A stretch of DNA of 52,872 bases from contig JBDRPD010000032.1 of NCBI GenBank assembly GCA_043827405.1, positions 1-52,872 on the forward strand, given 5' to 3'. Origin of the DNA: Elusimicrobiota bacterium (GTDB lineage Bacteria; Elusimicrobiota; Elusimicrobia; UBA1565). The position numbers and the translations under genes were made by a program. This document shows positions 19,296-28,781 of this stretch, piece by piece (positions within the stretch are counted from its first letter, which is position 1; each line of letters begins with the position of its first letter). The notes beneath the pieces are model-generated. The model was not told the origin of the DNA. It searched no databases and saw only the letters and a list, made by a program, of their open reading frames with translations.

Positions 19296-19324
19296 TTGAC
19301 ACCCTGGGAGAAATGAGTTAGAAT
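19296..19324 (+). promoter_or_regulatory. Sigma70-type promoter for the ferredoxin
   Basis: TTGACA, 17 nt spacer, TAGAAT. Confidence 0.7.
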
Positions 19325-19362
19325 CCCGTCGACACATCCGCTGATTTTTTCGGCTTAATCTC

Positions 19363-19391
19363 AGTATAACAGGTCGGCGTCCTGTTGTAAA
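19363..19391 (-). promoter_or_regulatory. Sigma70-type promoter for the porin operon
   Basis: TTTACA, 17 nt spacer, TATACT with extended TG. Confidence 0.65.
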
Positions 19392-19414
19392 CCTACTAGG
19401 GAGAAGCGACATCA

Positions 19415-19729
19415 ATGGCACATGTAATCAATGAGAAATGCCTCGGCGAGGTCTACGCGGCTTGCGTCGACGTCTGTCCCGTAGACTGCATCTATCCCGG
19501 CGAGTACAAGGGAGAAACCTTCATGGTCATCGACCCGGAAGTCTGCATCGACTGCGGCGTCTGTCTTCCCGAATGCCCGATCGGCGCTATCGCGGGCTCC
19601 GAGGACGAAGGCGGCGACTGGGCCGGCATCAACGCCGAATTGGCTCCGCAGTACAAAGACAACGCGAAGGTGACCCCGCGGCCGCCGAACGATCCGCCCA
19701 AGAAGCCGGACAATAAGCTGGTCAATTAG
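19415..19729 (+). CDS. Dicluster (7Fe, FdxA-type) ferredoxin
   Basis: C-x7-CVDVCPVDC and CIDCGVCLPECP motifs. Confidence 0.92.
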   Translation: MAHVINEKCLGEVYAACVDVCPVDCIYPGEYKGETFMVIDPEVCIDCGVCLPECPIGAIAGSEDEGGDWAGINAELAPQYKDNAKVTPRPPNDPPKKPDNKLVN

Positions 19730-19758
19730 GCGCTGCTCGGCGCCGCTGCAATCTGCCG

Positions 19759-19810
19759 ACCGAGCACTGTGACGGAGCCCGGTCACGGCTCCGGATGCGG
19801 TGCTCGGTTT
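19759..19810 (+). terminator. Long GC-rich hairpin after the ferredoxin (terminator or REP-like)
   Basis: ACCGAGCACTGT/GCGGTGCTCGGT outer stem and CGGAGCC/GGCTCCG inner stem; only a short T run follows. Confidence 0.5.
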
Positions 19811-19835
19811 GCATTGATACGACCATGAGGCGAAC

Positions 19836-21812
19836 ATGCGCAAATATCCCGCGTTATGGCTGGCGGCCGTCCTTTTGGGCGCCGTGTCCGCCGTGGAGGC
19901 GGGCATGACCATGGTGCACCTGTCCCCCCTCGACCTGCAGGGGGCCCGGATCGAAGGGCTGACGCCGCTGCCGTTCGATAAAGGCCTGCTCCAAGGCGAC
20001 GGCCTGCTGCAGTCGCCGGTCCTTGATTCCGCCTTTCCGTTCAACGACCTGGTCGGCTCGTGGAACGCTCAGGTCCCTCCCGGAGCTTCGATCGAGATGC
20101 TGGTGCAGACGCGCCAGGACGGCCGCTGGACAAAGTGGTACCGGCTGTCGCGCTGGGAGCAGGACGCGCCCCGCAGTTTTGAGCGCCAGGAAGACGAGAA
20201 CGGCTACGTCGACATCGACACGCTCAAGCTCAAGAAGAAATCGCTCTCCTTCCGCTACCGCATCATCATGAACTCAACCGGAACGCGCCACGTGCAGCTG
20301 CATCGCGTCGCCGTCGCCTACGAGGATACCGGGCATAAGCCCGCAGCCTCGCCGCCGTTCGTCAAAGGGCCCTGGGTGCGTGAGCTCAAGCTTGCCTCCC
20401 GCTCGCAGATGGTGGAGCAGGCGTCCTACCGCCGGGACATCTGCAGCCCGACCGCTCTGGCGATGGTCCTGGAGTACTGGGACCGCCCGCAGAGCACGGC
20501 CGAGGTCGCCGAACTCGTCAAGGACCGCAGCTCCGGCATGTACGGCAATTGGCCCCTCAACATCGCGGCGGCGGCCGGCACCGGTCTGTCCGGACAAGTC
20601 GCGCGCCTGCCCTCGCTGCTTGAGCTGCAGGATGAAATCGCCGCCGGCCGGCCCGTAATCGTCTCGATCTCCTACAAAGAGGGCGAGCTCAAAGGCTCCC
20701 CGATCAAGCACACGCGCGGACACCTGCTGGTGGTCGTCGGCTTCACCAAGAAGGGCGATGTGATCGTCCAAGACCCGGCGGCCAAGAAGACCTCCGGTGT
20801 ACGGCGCGTCTATCGGCGCCGCGAGTTTGAACGAGCCTGGGTGCGCAACAAGCGCGGGCTTGCCTACCTGCTGTCCGAGCGCTTCCCCGACGTGCTGACC
20901 GTCGGCGTCCCCACCGCGGATGTCCGGCGGGTGCCGCGGCCGCCGCGCAAGCCCAGCGTCAAGGACGAAGCGCTCTCGACGCAGGTGCTTTACGGTGAGC
21001 GCGTCCGGGCTCTCGAGGCCAAGGGCGATTGGGTGCGCATAGAGGTGCTCGATCAGCCCTTCCGCGGGCCGGACGGAAAATGGGGAGGCTATCCGGGCTG
21101 GATGCGCGCCGAAGACCTGCGCAAAGCGGAGCTCCCTTATCGTCCAAACGCCGTCATCCGCGCCAAGCGCGCCGACCTCCGCTGGGAGGACGCCGCCGGC
21201 TCGGAAGAGATTCTGACCCTGCCGCAGGGCGCGATGCTCCTTGCCGAGGACGTCAACAGCTTTACCTGGGACGTACGGTTGGTCGGCGGGCGTCCGGCCC
21301 GCGCGCAGTCGAGCTCCATGCGGCTGCTCGACAGCGACACCCGCGCCCACGTCGACCGCCGCGACATTCTGGAAGCGGCGGCGCTGTATCTCGGCGACAT
21401 CTATATTTGGGGCGGCAGTTCGAGCCTGCAAAAGCAGCCCGGCTGGGGAGTGGACTGCTCCGGGCTCGTGCACCTGGCCTACCGCTCAGTGGGCATCGCC
21501 GTTCCGCGCGACGCGGCCGACCAGCACGCGCGCGCGCGCGCGCTAAAGCGCCGGAGCTTGAAGCCGGGCGATCTCATATTCCTCACGGAATCGGCGCGCT
21601 CGAAAATAGTCGATCACGTCCTCCTCTATGCCGGCGGCGACGGCCTCATTGAAAGCCGCTCCTCCGCCGGCAAGACCCTGCGCACGACCTTCACCGAACG
21701 CTTCGGCAAGCCGCTGACCCGGATCGAGTCCGGCGATCTCATCGACGATCTAACCCGCCGCCAGCCGGTGCGCCGGCGCATCTATTTCGGGAGCTTCCTG
21801 ACCGGCCGATGA
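19836..21812 (+). CDS. Secreted peptidase C39-like + SH3 + NlpC/P60 fusion
   Basis: SQM...ICSPTALAM, GHLLVVVGF, VQDPA (C39-like); TQVLYGERV...GWM (SH3); YIWGG, GVDCSGLV, PRDA, GDLIF, HVLLY (NlpC/P60). Confidence 0.85.
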   Translation: MRKYPALWLAAVLLGAVSAVEAGMTMVHLSPLDLQGARIEGLTPLPFDKGLLQGDGLLQSPVLDSAFPFNDLVGSWNAQVPPGASIEMLVQTRQDGRWTKWYRLSRWEQDAPRSFERQEDENGYVDIDTLKLKKKSLSFRYRIIMNSTGTRHVQLHRVAVAYEDTGHKPAASPPFVKGPWVRELKLASRSQMVEQASYRRDICSPTALAMVLEYWDRPQSTAEVAELVKDRSSGMYGNWPLNIAAAAGTGLSGQVARLPSLLELQDEIAAGRPVIVSISYKEGELKGSPIKHTRGHLLVVVGFTKKGDVIVQDPAAKKTSGVRRVYRRREFERAWVRNKRGLAYLLSERFPDVLTVGVPTADVRRVPRPPRKPSVKDEALSTQVLYGERVRALEAKGDWVRIEVLDQPFRGPDGKWGGYPGWMRAEDLRKAELPYRPNAVIRAKRADLRWEDAAGSEEILTLPQGAMLLAEDVNSFTWDVRLVGGRPARAQSSSMRLLDSDTRAHVDRRDILEAAALYLGDIYIWGGSSSLQKQPGWGVDCSGLVHLAYRSVGIAVPRDAADQHARARALKRRSLKPGDLIFLTESARSKIVDHVLLYAGGDGLIESRSSAGKTLRTTFTERFGKPLTRIESGDLIDDLTRRQPVRRRIYFGSFLTGR

Positions 21813-22675
21813 CGCCCCGCGCCCTGCGTCAGCTCTATGACACGCTGGAGTTCCTGGCCAGCCTGCGTGAGCCCAATGACCTGAAAATATGGGGGCGCAT
21901 CCTCGAGAAAGCCGCCGTCGCCCTTGAGGCGGAAGGCGCGGTCTACCGCTACTACGATACCATGGGGCGCACCCTCGTCCCCTTCCATATCCTCGGCACC
22001 GACACCCCCGCCAGCGAGGTCCAGTCCTCGGCCGTCGGCGAAGGAATTTGCGGCTGGGTCGCCCAGTTCAAAGAAGCCCTCCTGGCGCCGGACGCGCCCG
22101 CCGAAAAAAAGTTCCGGTCGGATATCGACGCCGTCCCGGGAAGCGCGACCCGCACGGTCCTGGCGCTCCCCCTGCACATCAACCTCGACTTCGTCGGCGT
22201 GCTGGAGTTCTTCAACAAGAGCGGCGGCGGCTTCGACGAGGCGGACCTTGAGCTGGCGCAGACTATCGTGCGGGAAACCTCGCACGCGATCCGCCGCCTG
22301 CGCCTTGAGGACATGGTCAACCGCGTAACGGCCTACAACGCGAGCATACTCGACAACCTCTCCGGCGGCTTCTTCGCCATCGACCTGCAGGGGCGGGTCA
22401 TGCTCTGCAACCCCGCCGCCCGCCGCATCCTCGGCGTCCAAGGCGAGGTCACCGATCTGCCGGTGGAAAAGGTCCTCGCCCACATTCCGGAACTCGCGAC
22501 CCTCATGCGGGAGACGATCTCCTCCAAAAAAACACTCAAGCGCCAGGACCTGCAGTGGCAATACGACGGCCGGACCCGCATCCTCGGCTACAGCACCTTG
22601 CTCATCCAGGACACCAAGGGCGAACTTACCGGCGCCGGGGTCACCTTCCAGGACATCACCAGCTTCAAGAAGTAA
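21809..22675 (+). CDS. GAF + PAS sensory protein without output domain
   Basis: GEGICGWVA...TVLALPL...GVLEFFNK (GAF); ILDNLSGG..AIDLQGRV..CNPAA..ILG...FQDIT (PAS). Confidence 0.85.
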   Translation: MTPRALRQLYDTLEFLASLREPNDLKIWGRILEKAAVALEAEGAVYRYYDTMGRTLVPFHILGTDTPASEVQSSAVGEGICGWVAQFKEALLAPDAPAEKKFRSDIDAVPGSATRTVLALPLHINLDFVGVLEFFNKSGGGFDEADLELAQTIVRETSHAIRRLRLEDMVNRVTAYNASILDNLSGGFFAIDLQGRVMLCNPAARRILGVQGEVTDLPVEKVLAHIPELATLMRETISSKKTLKRQDLQWQYDGRTRILGYSTLLIQDTKGELTGAGVTFQDITSFKK

Positions 22676-23523
22676 TGTCCGGGCCGTTGGGAACCTTCTT
22701 CTACCTCATCGCCTGGGGGATTTACCTGCTGGCTCTCGAGGCGGTCCTGCAGCGCGGGCAGCGTTCACTGCTGTTCCGGGAACCGGGGACCTACCTGCGC
22801 CTGGCGCTGTTTTCAATTCCCGTTTGGCTCGCCTATGAAGCGCTCAACGTACGGCTGCTGAACTGGGAATATTGGAGCCTCCCCGCGTCGGCAGCGGTAC
22901 GCTGGCCCGGCTACGCACTCGCCTACGCCACCGTGCTGCCCGCGATATTGGAAACCGCTGAATTCCTTCGCCCGCGGCTGCCGGACAATTTATCCATAAC
23001 TCCAAGGCTAGGGTTAAGCGACAAGCGCTGGACGACCGAATACACAATTCTCGGCATGCTCTGCTTGGCGCTTCCCCTGCTGTGGCCGCGCTGGTTTTTT
23101 CCCCTGATCTGGGCGCCGGCCTTCCTACTGTGCGAACCCTGGCTCGCCCGCCGCGTGCCGCGCCGGTCCTGGCTCAAGGCGCTGGCCGCAGGGCGCCCTC
23201 ATGATTTCTACGCCCTGCTCCTGTCCGGCCTCGTCTGCGGCCTGCTCTGGGAGTCGCTTAACTTCTGGGCGGGCGCCAAATGGAAATACACCGTACCCTG
23301 GCCGCGGGGACCGAAGCTCTTTGAAATGCCCCTGCTCGGCTACTTGGGCTTTCCGCCCTTCGCGCTGAGCTGCGCCAGCCTGTGGCGCAGCTTCGACGAG
23401 CTTTGGCGATCGGCCGGCGCGCCGCGGCGCACCGCCGCCGTTTTGGCATTTGCGGCCTTCAGTCTCGCGGCTTTCCAGGCGATCGACTCATACACCGTCC
23501 GCAGCTTCGTATCCCTGTGGTAA
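22675..23523 (+). CDS. Hypothetical polytopic membrane protein
   Basis: ATG coupled to the previous stop (TAATG); WESLNFWAGAKWKY, KLFEMPLLGYLGFPPF motifs. Confidence 0.7.
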   Translation: MSGPLGTFFYLIAWGIYLLALEAVLQRGQRSLLFREPGTYLRLALFSIPVWLAYEALNVRLLNWEYWSLPASAAVRWPGYALAYATVLPAILETAEFLRPRLPDNLSITPRLGLSDKRWTTEYTILGMLCLALPLLWPRWFFPLIWAPAFLLCEPWLARRVPRRSWLKALAAGRPHDFYALLLSGLVCGLLWESLNFWAGAKWKYTVPWPRGPKLFEMPLLGYLGFPPFALSCASLWRSFDELWRSAGAPRRTAAVLAFAAFSLAAFQAIDSYTVRSFVSLW

Positions 23524-23532
23524 ACTAATCCC

Positions 23533-24726
23533 ATGGACCGCCAGTTGCTGTCGGCCGCGATGGGTGTTGCCGCCGCCAGCCTGCGCGCGAACATCCGTCC
23601 GCTCAAGGACGCCGAAGGCCGCGACCGCACCGTGCTCGTCGCCGGAGCCGGCCAGTTCGCCTCGGTTTGGACCCGGGATTTTTGCTTTGCCGCCGGCGGG
23701 CTGCTCGCTGTCGGAGAAGCGCAGACCGTCCGCCACACCCTCCTTGAAATCATCGACCGCCAGCGTGCCGACGGGCTGTTCCCGCGCCTGCTGGACTCCT
23801 ATCACTGGGCGACGCATTTTGTCCGCGCGGCGACCCGGGCCCCCATCCCGCTGGTCGCGCCGCTCAAGGCGAACTTCACTTCCGATCATTTCGTGACCTC
23901 GATTGACGGCAACGCCCTCGTCTCCTGGGCCGCCGCCCGCTACGCCCTGCATACCGAAAACTACGCCTGGGCGGGCCTGGTCCTGCCGCGCCTTGAGCGC
24001 GCCATGGCCTATTACGACGCCAAAGAACGCGGCGGCTTCATCCATCAGCCGCCCTGCTCCGACTGGAAAGACACGGTATCGGGCCGCCGGGGCGCGGTGT
24101 TCTTCACCCAGCTCCTGCGCTGGAAGGCGCTCGTCGAACTGGGAAGGCTCTACGCCGCGATGGGACGCCGCTCCATGGCCGCGGCCAAAAAGAGCCGGGT
24201 CCGCGAACTGGCCCGGCGCACGCACCGCGCTTTCTGGGATCCGAACCGGGGACACTTCCGCGACACCCTCGTTTTTCCGCGCTTTTCGTCCGACGGCAAC
24301 CTCGCGGCCGCCGCCTGGGGCTTCGCCGATGAGGAAGAGTCCTCCCGGATTCTGCGCTCCATGGACCGCTGCGGCCTGCTGACCCCCTGGGGGCCGCGCG
24401 CCGGAGAGCGCCATCCCTGGCGGCAAAAAGGGCTGCTGACTCTGCTCGCCGGCATACCCGGCTACCATGACGACTACGTCTGGCTGTGGAATACCGCCCT
24501 GCTTTTGCAGACGTTTTTCCTATTGCATCGCGAGGCAATCGGGTATAAACTGTTGGAGTCGGTCTGTAAGCTGCTCGTCGATGCGGGCGCGGTATCGGAA
24601 GTCTACCGGCCCGACAGCGGCGAGGAGGTACGGACCTGGCTGTACCGGTCGGAACGACCGTTCAGCTGGAGCGCGGCCATGCTTGTCGAAGCGTTCGCGA
24701 AGGTGGCCGGGGAGAAAACGACTTGA
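23533..24726 (+). CDS. (alpha/alpha)6 glycoside hydrolase (glycogen-debranching C-terminal-like)
   Basis: WTRDF, DWKD, YH..YVWLW, SEVY, FSWSAA motifs. Confidence 0.75.
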   Translation: MDRQLLSAAMGVAAASLRANIRPLKDAEGRDRTVLVAGAGQFASVWTRDFCFAAGGLLAVGEAQTVRHTLLEIIDRQRADGLFPRLLDSYHWATHFVRAATRAPIPLVAPLKANFTSDHFVTSIDGNALVSWAAARYALHTENYAWAGLVLPRLERAMAYYDAKERGGFIHQPPCSDWKDTVSGRRGAVFFTQLLRWKALVELGRLYAAMGRRSMAAAKKSRVRELARRTHRAFWDPNRGHFRDTLVFPRFSSDGNLAAAAWGFADEEESSRILRSMDRCGLLTPWGPRAGERHPWRQKGLLTLLAGIPGYHDDYVWLWNTALLLQTFFLLHREAIGYKLLESVCKLLVDAGAVSEVYRPDSGEEVRTWLYRSERPFSWSAAMLVEAFAKVAGEKTT

Positions 24727-25748
24727 CGCGGATACCCATCGCCGCCTGTCTATTGCTGTCGACAACCCTCCTGTCGGCCGCTGATAATCCCGCTCCGGCG
24801 CGGCAGGAGCTCAACCGCCTAGCGCCGGAAGCGGCAGAGCCGCCCGCTCCCGGCATCGCCGGCCCCGTAGCGCCCCCGGAGGACATCGCCGAGGCCGGCA
24901 AGCTCTTCGGCAACCCCGCCCAGCTGGCCGACCTCGGCCGCCGCCAGCCCGACCCAAAATCCGCCTTCTCCTTCGCCGTCATCGGCGACTCCGAGGAAGG
25001 CCGCTTCTTCTTCCAACGCTGGTGGTCGCCGGGCCGGGACGCGTTCGAGCGCCAACTGAAGTCGGTTCCCGGCCGCGGCGCCGACTGCGTCATGCAGCTC
25101 GGCGACTTCGTCAGCAAGGGCACGGAGAAGAACTACCGCCGGCACGTCGAGTTCCTTAAGCAGAACCTGCGCGTCCCGCTGCTCCATGTGATCGGCAACC
25201 ACGACCGCTCGAAGCCCAACGGCGAGGCCGACAAGTCGCTCTACAAAGCGCTCTTCGGCGAGACTGATTTTTACTTCGACTACAACGGCTGGCGGCTTGT
25301 CGCCTTCGACTCGGCGGACTACCGGGTAACCGACGCCCAGCTGGACTGGCTGGACCGGACGCTGGATACGCCGCAGCGCAAGCTCCTGTTCCTGCACATC
25401 CCTCCGATTTACCTGCACGGCCGCATCATCTCGAAGAAGCCCGCGGAGCCGCAAGGAGTGCTTAAGCCCGAAGGCTACTTCACGCAGGGCGCTGAGCGCT
25501 TTCGCGAGATCGTGAAGAAACGGCGGGTCGAGCGCGTCTACTTCGGCCATATCCACGCCTACGGCACGGCCATGGTCGACGGGGTCGGCTACGTGCTGAC
25601 CGCCGGCGGCGGCTCGCCCCTTTACCCGCTGCCCCCGGGCTATCCCCAGCTCAAGCCCGCGCACTACATCTGGGTCGAGATCGGCCCCAAAGGCCTGACC
25701 GAGACCGTCCATACGATGGACGGCGAGACCTTCCCCGTCGTCTTCTAG
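24723..25748 (+). CDS. Secreted calcineurin-like metallophosphoesterase
   Basis: IGDS, LGDFV, GNHD, LHIP, GHIH motifs; signal peptide. Confidence 0.88.
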   Translation: MTRIPIAACLLLSTTLLSAADNPAPARQELNRLAPEAAEPPAPGIAGPVAPPEDIAEAGKLFGNPAQLADLGRRQPDPKSAFSFAVIGDSEEGRFFFQRWWSPGRDAFERQLKSVPGRGADCVMQLGDFVSKGTEKNYRRHVEFLKQNLRVPLLHVIGNHDRSKPNGEADKSLYKALFGETDFYFDYNGWRLVAFDSADYRVTDAQLDWLDRTLDTPQRKLLFLHIPPIYLHGRIISKKPAEPQGVLKPEGYFTQGAERFREIVKKRRVERVYFGHIHAYGTAMVDGVGYVLTAGGGSPLYPLPPGYPQLKPAHYIWVEIGPKGLTETVHTMDGETFPVVF

Positions 25749-26386
25749 ACGCCGCGCTGGGGACAGAACTTCCTTAGAGAACAGCTGGGACAGGCGGGAT
25801 TTCGCGCATAGCAGGCGCGCCGGCCGTGCCAGACCATGCCGTGGCCGAAAAAATTCCACTCCTTGCGCGGCACGCAGGCCATAAGGTCGCGCTCGATCTT
25901 TACCGGGTCCTTCTCGTCGGTGAGGGCCAGCCGGTAGGAAACGCGCTTCATATGCGTATCCACAACGATCCCTTCGGACTTGCCGAAGGCGGTGCCGAGG
26001 ATGACGTTGGCGGTCTTGCGCGCCACCCCGCGCAGCTTGAGCAGGTCCGCCATGGCGTCCGGAACCTTGCCGCCATGCTCGTCGACCAGCGCCTGGGAGA
26101 ACGCCCGAATGGACTTCGCCTTGGCGTTGAAGAATCCCGCCGGGCGGATCATCTTCTCCAGCTGTCCGGGCTTGGCGGCGGCGTAGTCCCGCGCCGTGCG
26201 GTACTTCTTGAACAGGTCCTTGGTGATCATATTGACCCGCTTGTCGGTACACTGGGCCGAAAGGATCACCGCGACGGCGAGCTCCAATGGATTGGAGAAA
26301 TCCAGTTCGCAGTGCGCGTCCGGGTAGAGCCGGCGCAGCGCGCGCACGGCGGCACGGGCCTGCTGTTTACGCTCCGCCGGGGTCAT
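25745..26386 (-). CDS. nth: Endonuclease III
   Basis: LSAQCTD, HhH LRGVARKTAN, VDTH, C-x6-C-x2-C-x5-C Fe-S motif. Confidence 0.95.
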   Translation of the reverse strand: MTPAERKQQARAAVRALRRLYPDAHCELDFSNPLELAVAVILSAQCTDKRVNMITKDLFKKYRTARDYAAAKPGQLEKMIRPAGFFNAKAKSIRAFSQALVDEHGGKVPDAMADLLKLRGVARKTANVILGTAFGKSEGIVVDTHMKRVSYRLALTDEKDPVKIERDLMACVPRKEWNFFGHGMVWHGRRACYARNPACPSCSLRKFCPQRGV

Positions 26387-28116
26387 TGCTGGACCTTCTT
26401 GAGCGGATAGAAGTAGACGCCCATAAACACCGCATTGTCGTAGAAGCCCTTAACCCAGTCCCGCATGGCGTAAACGCCCTGCGGATGGACCGTGCAGATC
26501 TGGGGGACATCCTCATAGCCCAGCGTATGGATCTTCCGGTAGAGCTCTCGGCGCTTGGCCGGATCGACCATACGCACCGCCTTGTCGATCAGTTCATCGA
26601 GAGCCGGATTGCGGTAGACCTGGGCGATAGCATAGCGTCCTTTGCTGTGGTAGTAGGGGAAGGCGAAGTTATGCGCGTCCGGATAATCGGCCGTCCAGCC
26701 GCGCGAGAAGATCGGCATCTTGTGCTTCTGGCCCGCGTCCAGAAAAGCCGCCCATTCGATGCCGCGCAGATCGACGCGGAACTTGGGGTTAAGCGACTCA
26801 ACTCCCTTCTTGAGGATATCGCAGGCGTACTTGCGCACGTCGCCGCCGGTATTGTAGGTCAAAGTGAAGCGAAAGCCCTTTTCCCAAACCTGCCCCCCCC
26901 AAGCCTTCTTGAAATGCTCCTCGGCCTTCTGCAGATCGAAGGTATAGTAGGGAAGCCCCTCGGTATCAAGCAGCCCCGGCGGGATCGGTCCCTTGGCGCG
27001 GTCGGCCGAGCCCTTGAAGGTATCGTTAATGAAGGCGTCATAATCGAAGGAATAAGCGAAAGCCTTGCGCAGATCCCGGTCCGTAAAAAAGTCGGGCGGG
27101 ATGCCCTGGCCGTCAAGCTTGCCCGAACCGATGTCGGGGTTGGCCGTGGTATTGATCTGGTAGGTGAAGTAAAAGGCCGGGTCGGTCAGCAGCCGCGGCA
27201 GGCCGTCCTCAAGGCGCGTACCGGTCATCCCCTTAACCTGGGTGATGAAAGGCCGCGGCACCTCGATGATATCGGCGTCGCCGCCCTGAAGCAGAAGCTT
27301 GCGGGTTGAGAACTCGGGGATCGACAGCACCAGCACCCGCGCGAAGGCGATGGGCGCGCGCCAGTAGGCGTCGTTGCGCTTGAGGTAGAGACGGCGGCCG
27401 GTACGGTCCCAGCGGTCCAGCGCCAGCGCTCCGGTCCCGTTCATATGGTCGTAGAAGTAGCTGGCGTCCTTTTCCGGATCGTTGTACTTTTTCCAGGTCT
27501 CAGCACGGCCGTCCCAGTCGCCGTTGGCGGCGGCCCAGTCCTTGCTCATAATGTAGGACCAGCGCGCCATAATCGCCAGAAAAGGTCCGAAGGGAGCGGG
27601 CAGGCGGATCACCACATTATCGCCCTGCACGCGGACCGCCTTGTCGACATCCGCGAAATCGACCTGGATCTTGCCGTCCTTGTCACGGGTGCTGGTCACC
27701 CCGAGGATCGGCTCCAAGAGCAGCGACGAGGGTCCGCCCGAACGGTCGGTCAGCAGGAAGCGCAGCAGAGAGTAGCGCACATCCTCGGGCGTCATCTCCT
27801 TGCCGTCGTGAAAGCGCACGCCCTTACGGACAGGGAAGGTGTAGGTGCGGCCGTCCTTGGAAATCAGCCCGTTTTCCTGGCTCGGGACCTGGGTCGCCAG
27901 CAGCGGCACAAAGCGGTCGTTGCGATCGCGGTCGAAGGCGATCAAAGTCTCGTAGATATTGAAGATGACGCCTTGGCTCACCGCGTCATACGGAAAGACG
28001 GGATCGAGGTTGGTGATCTCGCCGGTCGCGGCATAGGTAAAGAGGTCGGGGTCGGCCTTCTTGGCGCAGCCGGAAAACAACGCCGCGGCGAGCATGTAAA
28101 TAATGAGCTTTCTCAT
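26383..28116 (-). CDS. ABC transporter substrate-binding lipoprotein (family 5, peptide-type)
   Basis: Lipobox FSGC; NLDP, IYETL, YTFPVRKGVRFHDG, GWTADYPD. Confidence 0.9.
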   Translation of the reverse strand: MRKLIIYMLAAALFSGCAKKADPDLFTYAATGEITNLDPVFPYDAVSQGVIFNIYETLIAFDRDRNDRFVPLLATQVPSQENGLISKDGRTYTFPVRKGVRFHDGKEMTPEDVRYSLLRFLLTDRSGGPSSLLLEPILGVTSTRDKDGKIQVDFADVDKAVRVQGDNVVIRLPAPFGPFLAIMARWSYIMSKDWAAANGDWDGRAETWKKYNDPEKDASYFYDHMNGTGALALDRWDRTGRRLYLKRNDAYWRAPIAFARVLVLSIPEFSTRKLLLQGGDADIIEVPRPFITQVKGMTGTRLEDGLPRLLTDPAFYFTYQINTTANPDIGSGKLDGQGIPPDFFTDRDLRKAFAYSFDYDAFINDTFKGSADRAKGPIPPGLLDTEGLPYYTFDLQKAEEHFKKAWGGQVWEKGFRFTLTYNTGGDVRKYACDILKKGVESLNPKFRVDLRGIEWAAFLDAGQKHKMPIFSRGWTADYPDAHNFAFPYYHSKGRYAIAQVYRNPALDELIDKAVRMVDPAKRRELYRKIHTLGYEDVPQICTVHPQGVYAMRDWVKGFYDNAVFMGVYFYPLKKVQQ

Positions 28117-28331
28117 GGGACCTCCACGATCTTACTGGGGGATTTGCCGCCCTTGATCAGCCGGATGCGGCGGGGCGCCACGCCCAGCTCCTGCCCCAGA
28201 AGAGCGAGACAGGCGGCGTTCGCCAGCCCGCGCTGCGCGGGCGCTTTGGTCCAAATCTCGTAGCAGTCATCGGCCTTGCGCCGGATATCGTTCTTCCCGG
28301 CATCCGGGTGCACGCGCAGCTTGATCAGCAT
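28113..28331 (-). CDS. DUF167/YggU family protein
   Basis: LRVHP.A, KAPA..G.AN, I.GGKS..KIVE. Confidence 0.85.
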   Translation of the reverse strand: MLIKLRVHPDAGKNDIRRKADDCYEIWTKAPAQRGLANAACLALLGQELGVAPRRIRLIKGGKSPSKIVEVP

Positions 28332-28355
28332 CTGCCCTCATAATAGAAAAAGTTC

Positions 28356-28781
28356 TTAGGCGCCCGCGATGGAGGCGTAGGTGACGGCGATGAAGACGTA
28401 GCGCGAGAACTTGCCGCAGGCGACCCAGAACAGGGTGCGCCAGGCGGGCGAGCGGAAAAAGCCGAGCGCCACCACGGTGGGATCGCCGATGAACGGGAAC
28501 CAGGCGATGAGCCCGAGGTACGGTCCCCACTTCTGGACCTTGGGCTCCAATGCCATGATTTTCTCTTCGGGGATGCGCAGCCACTTCTCGATCCCCTTCA
28601 GGTGACCGAACCAGCCCAGGTAGTAGCAGGTCAGCGCGCCGAGGAAGTTGCCCAGAGTCGCCCAGAAGACGGCGGCGGAAAACGAGCCGCCGTCGTTGAT
28701 GACGATTAGGAACACCGCTTCCGAACCGCCCGGCAGGACGGTGGCGGCGGCGAAGGAGGTCCAGAACAGGCCGGAATACAT
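28356..28781 (-). CDS. YqaA/DedA (VTT domain) membrane protein
   Basis: SFAAATVLPGGSE, GNFLG, WFPFIGDP, GKFSRY. Confidence 0.88.
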   Translation of the reverse strand: MYSGLFWTSFAAATVLPGGSEAVFLIVINDGGSFSAAVFWATLGNFLGALTCYYLGWFGHLKGIEKWLRIPEEKIMALEPKVQKWGPYLGLIAWFPFIGDPTVVALGFFRSPAWRTLFWVACGKFSRYVFIAVTYASIAGA

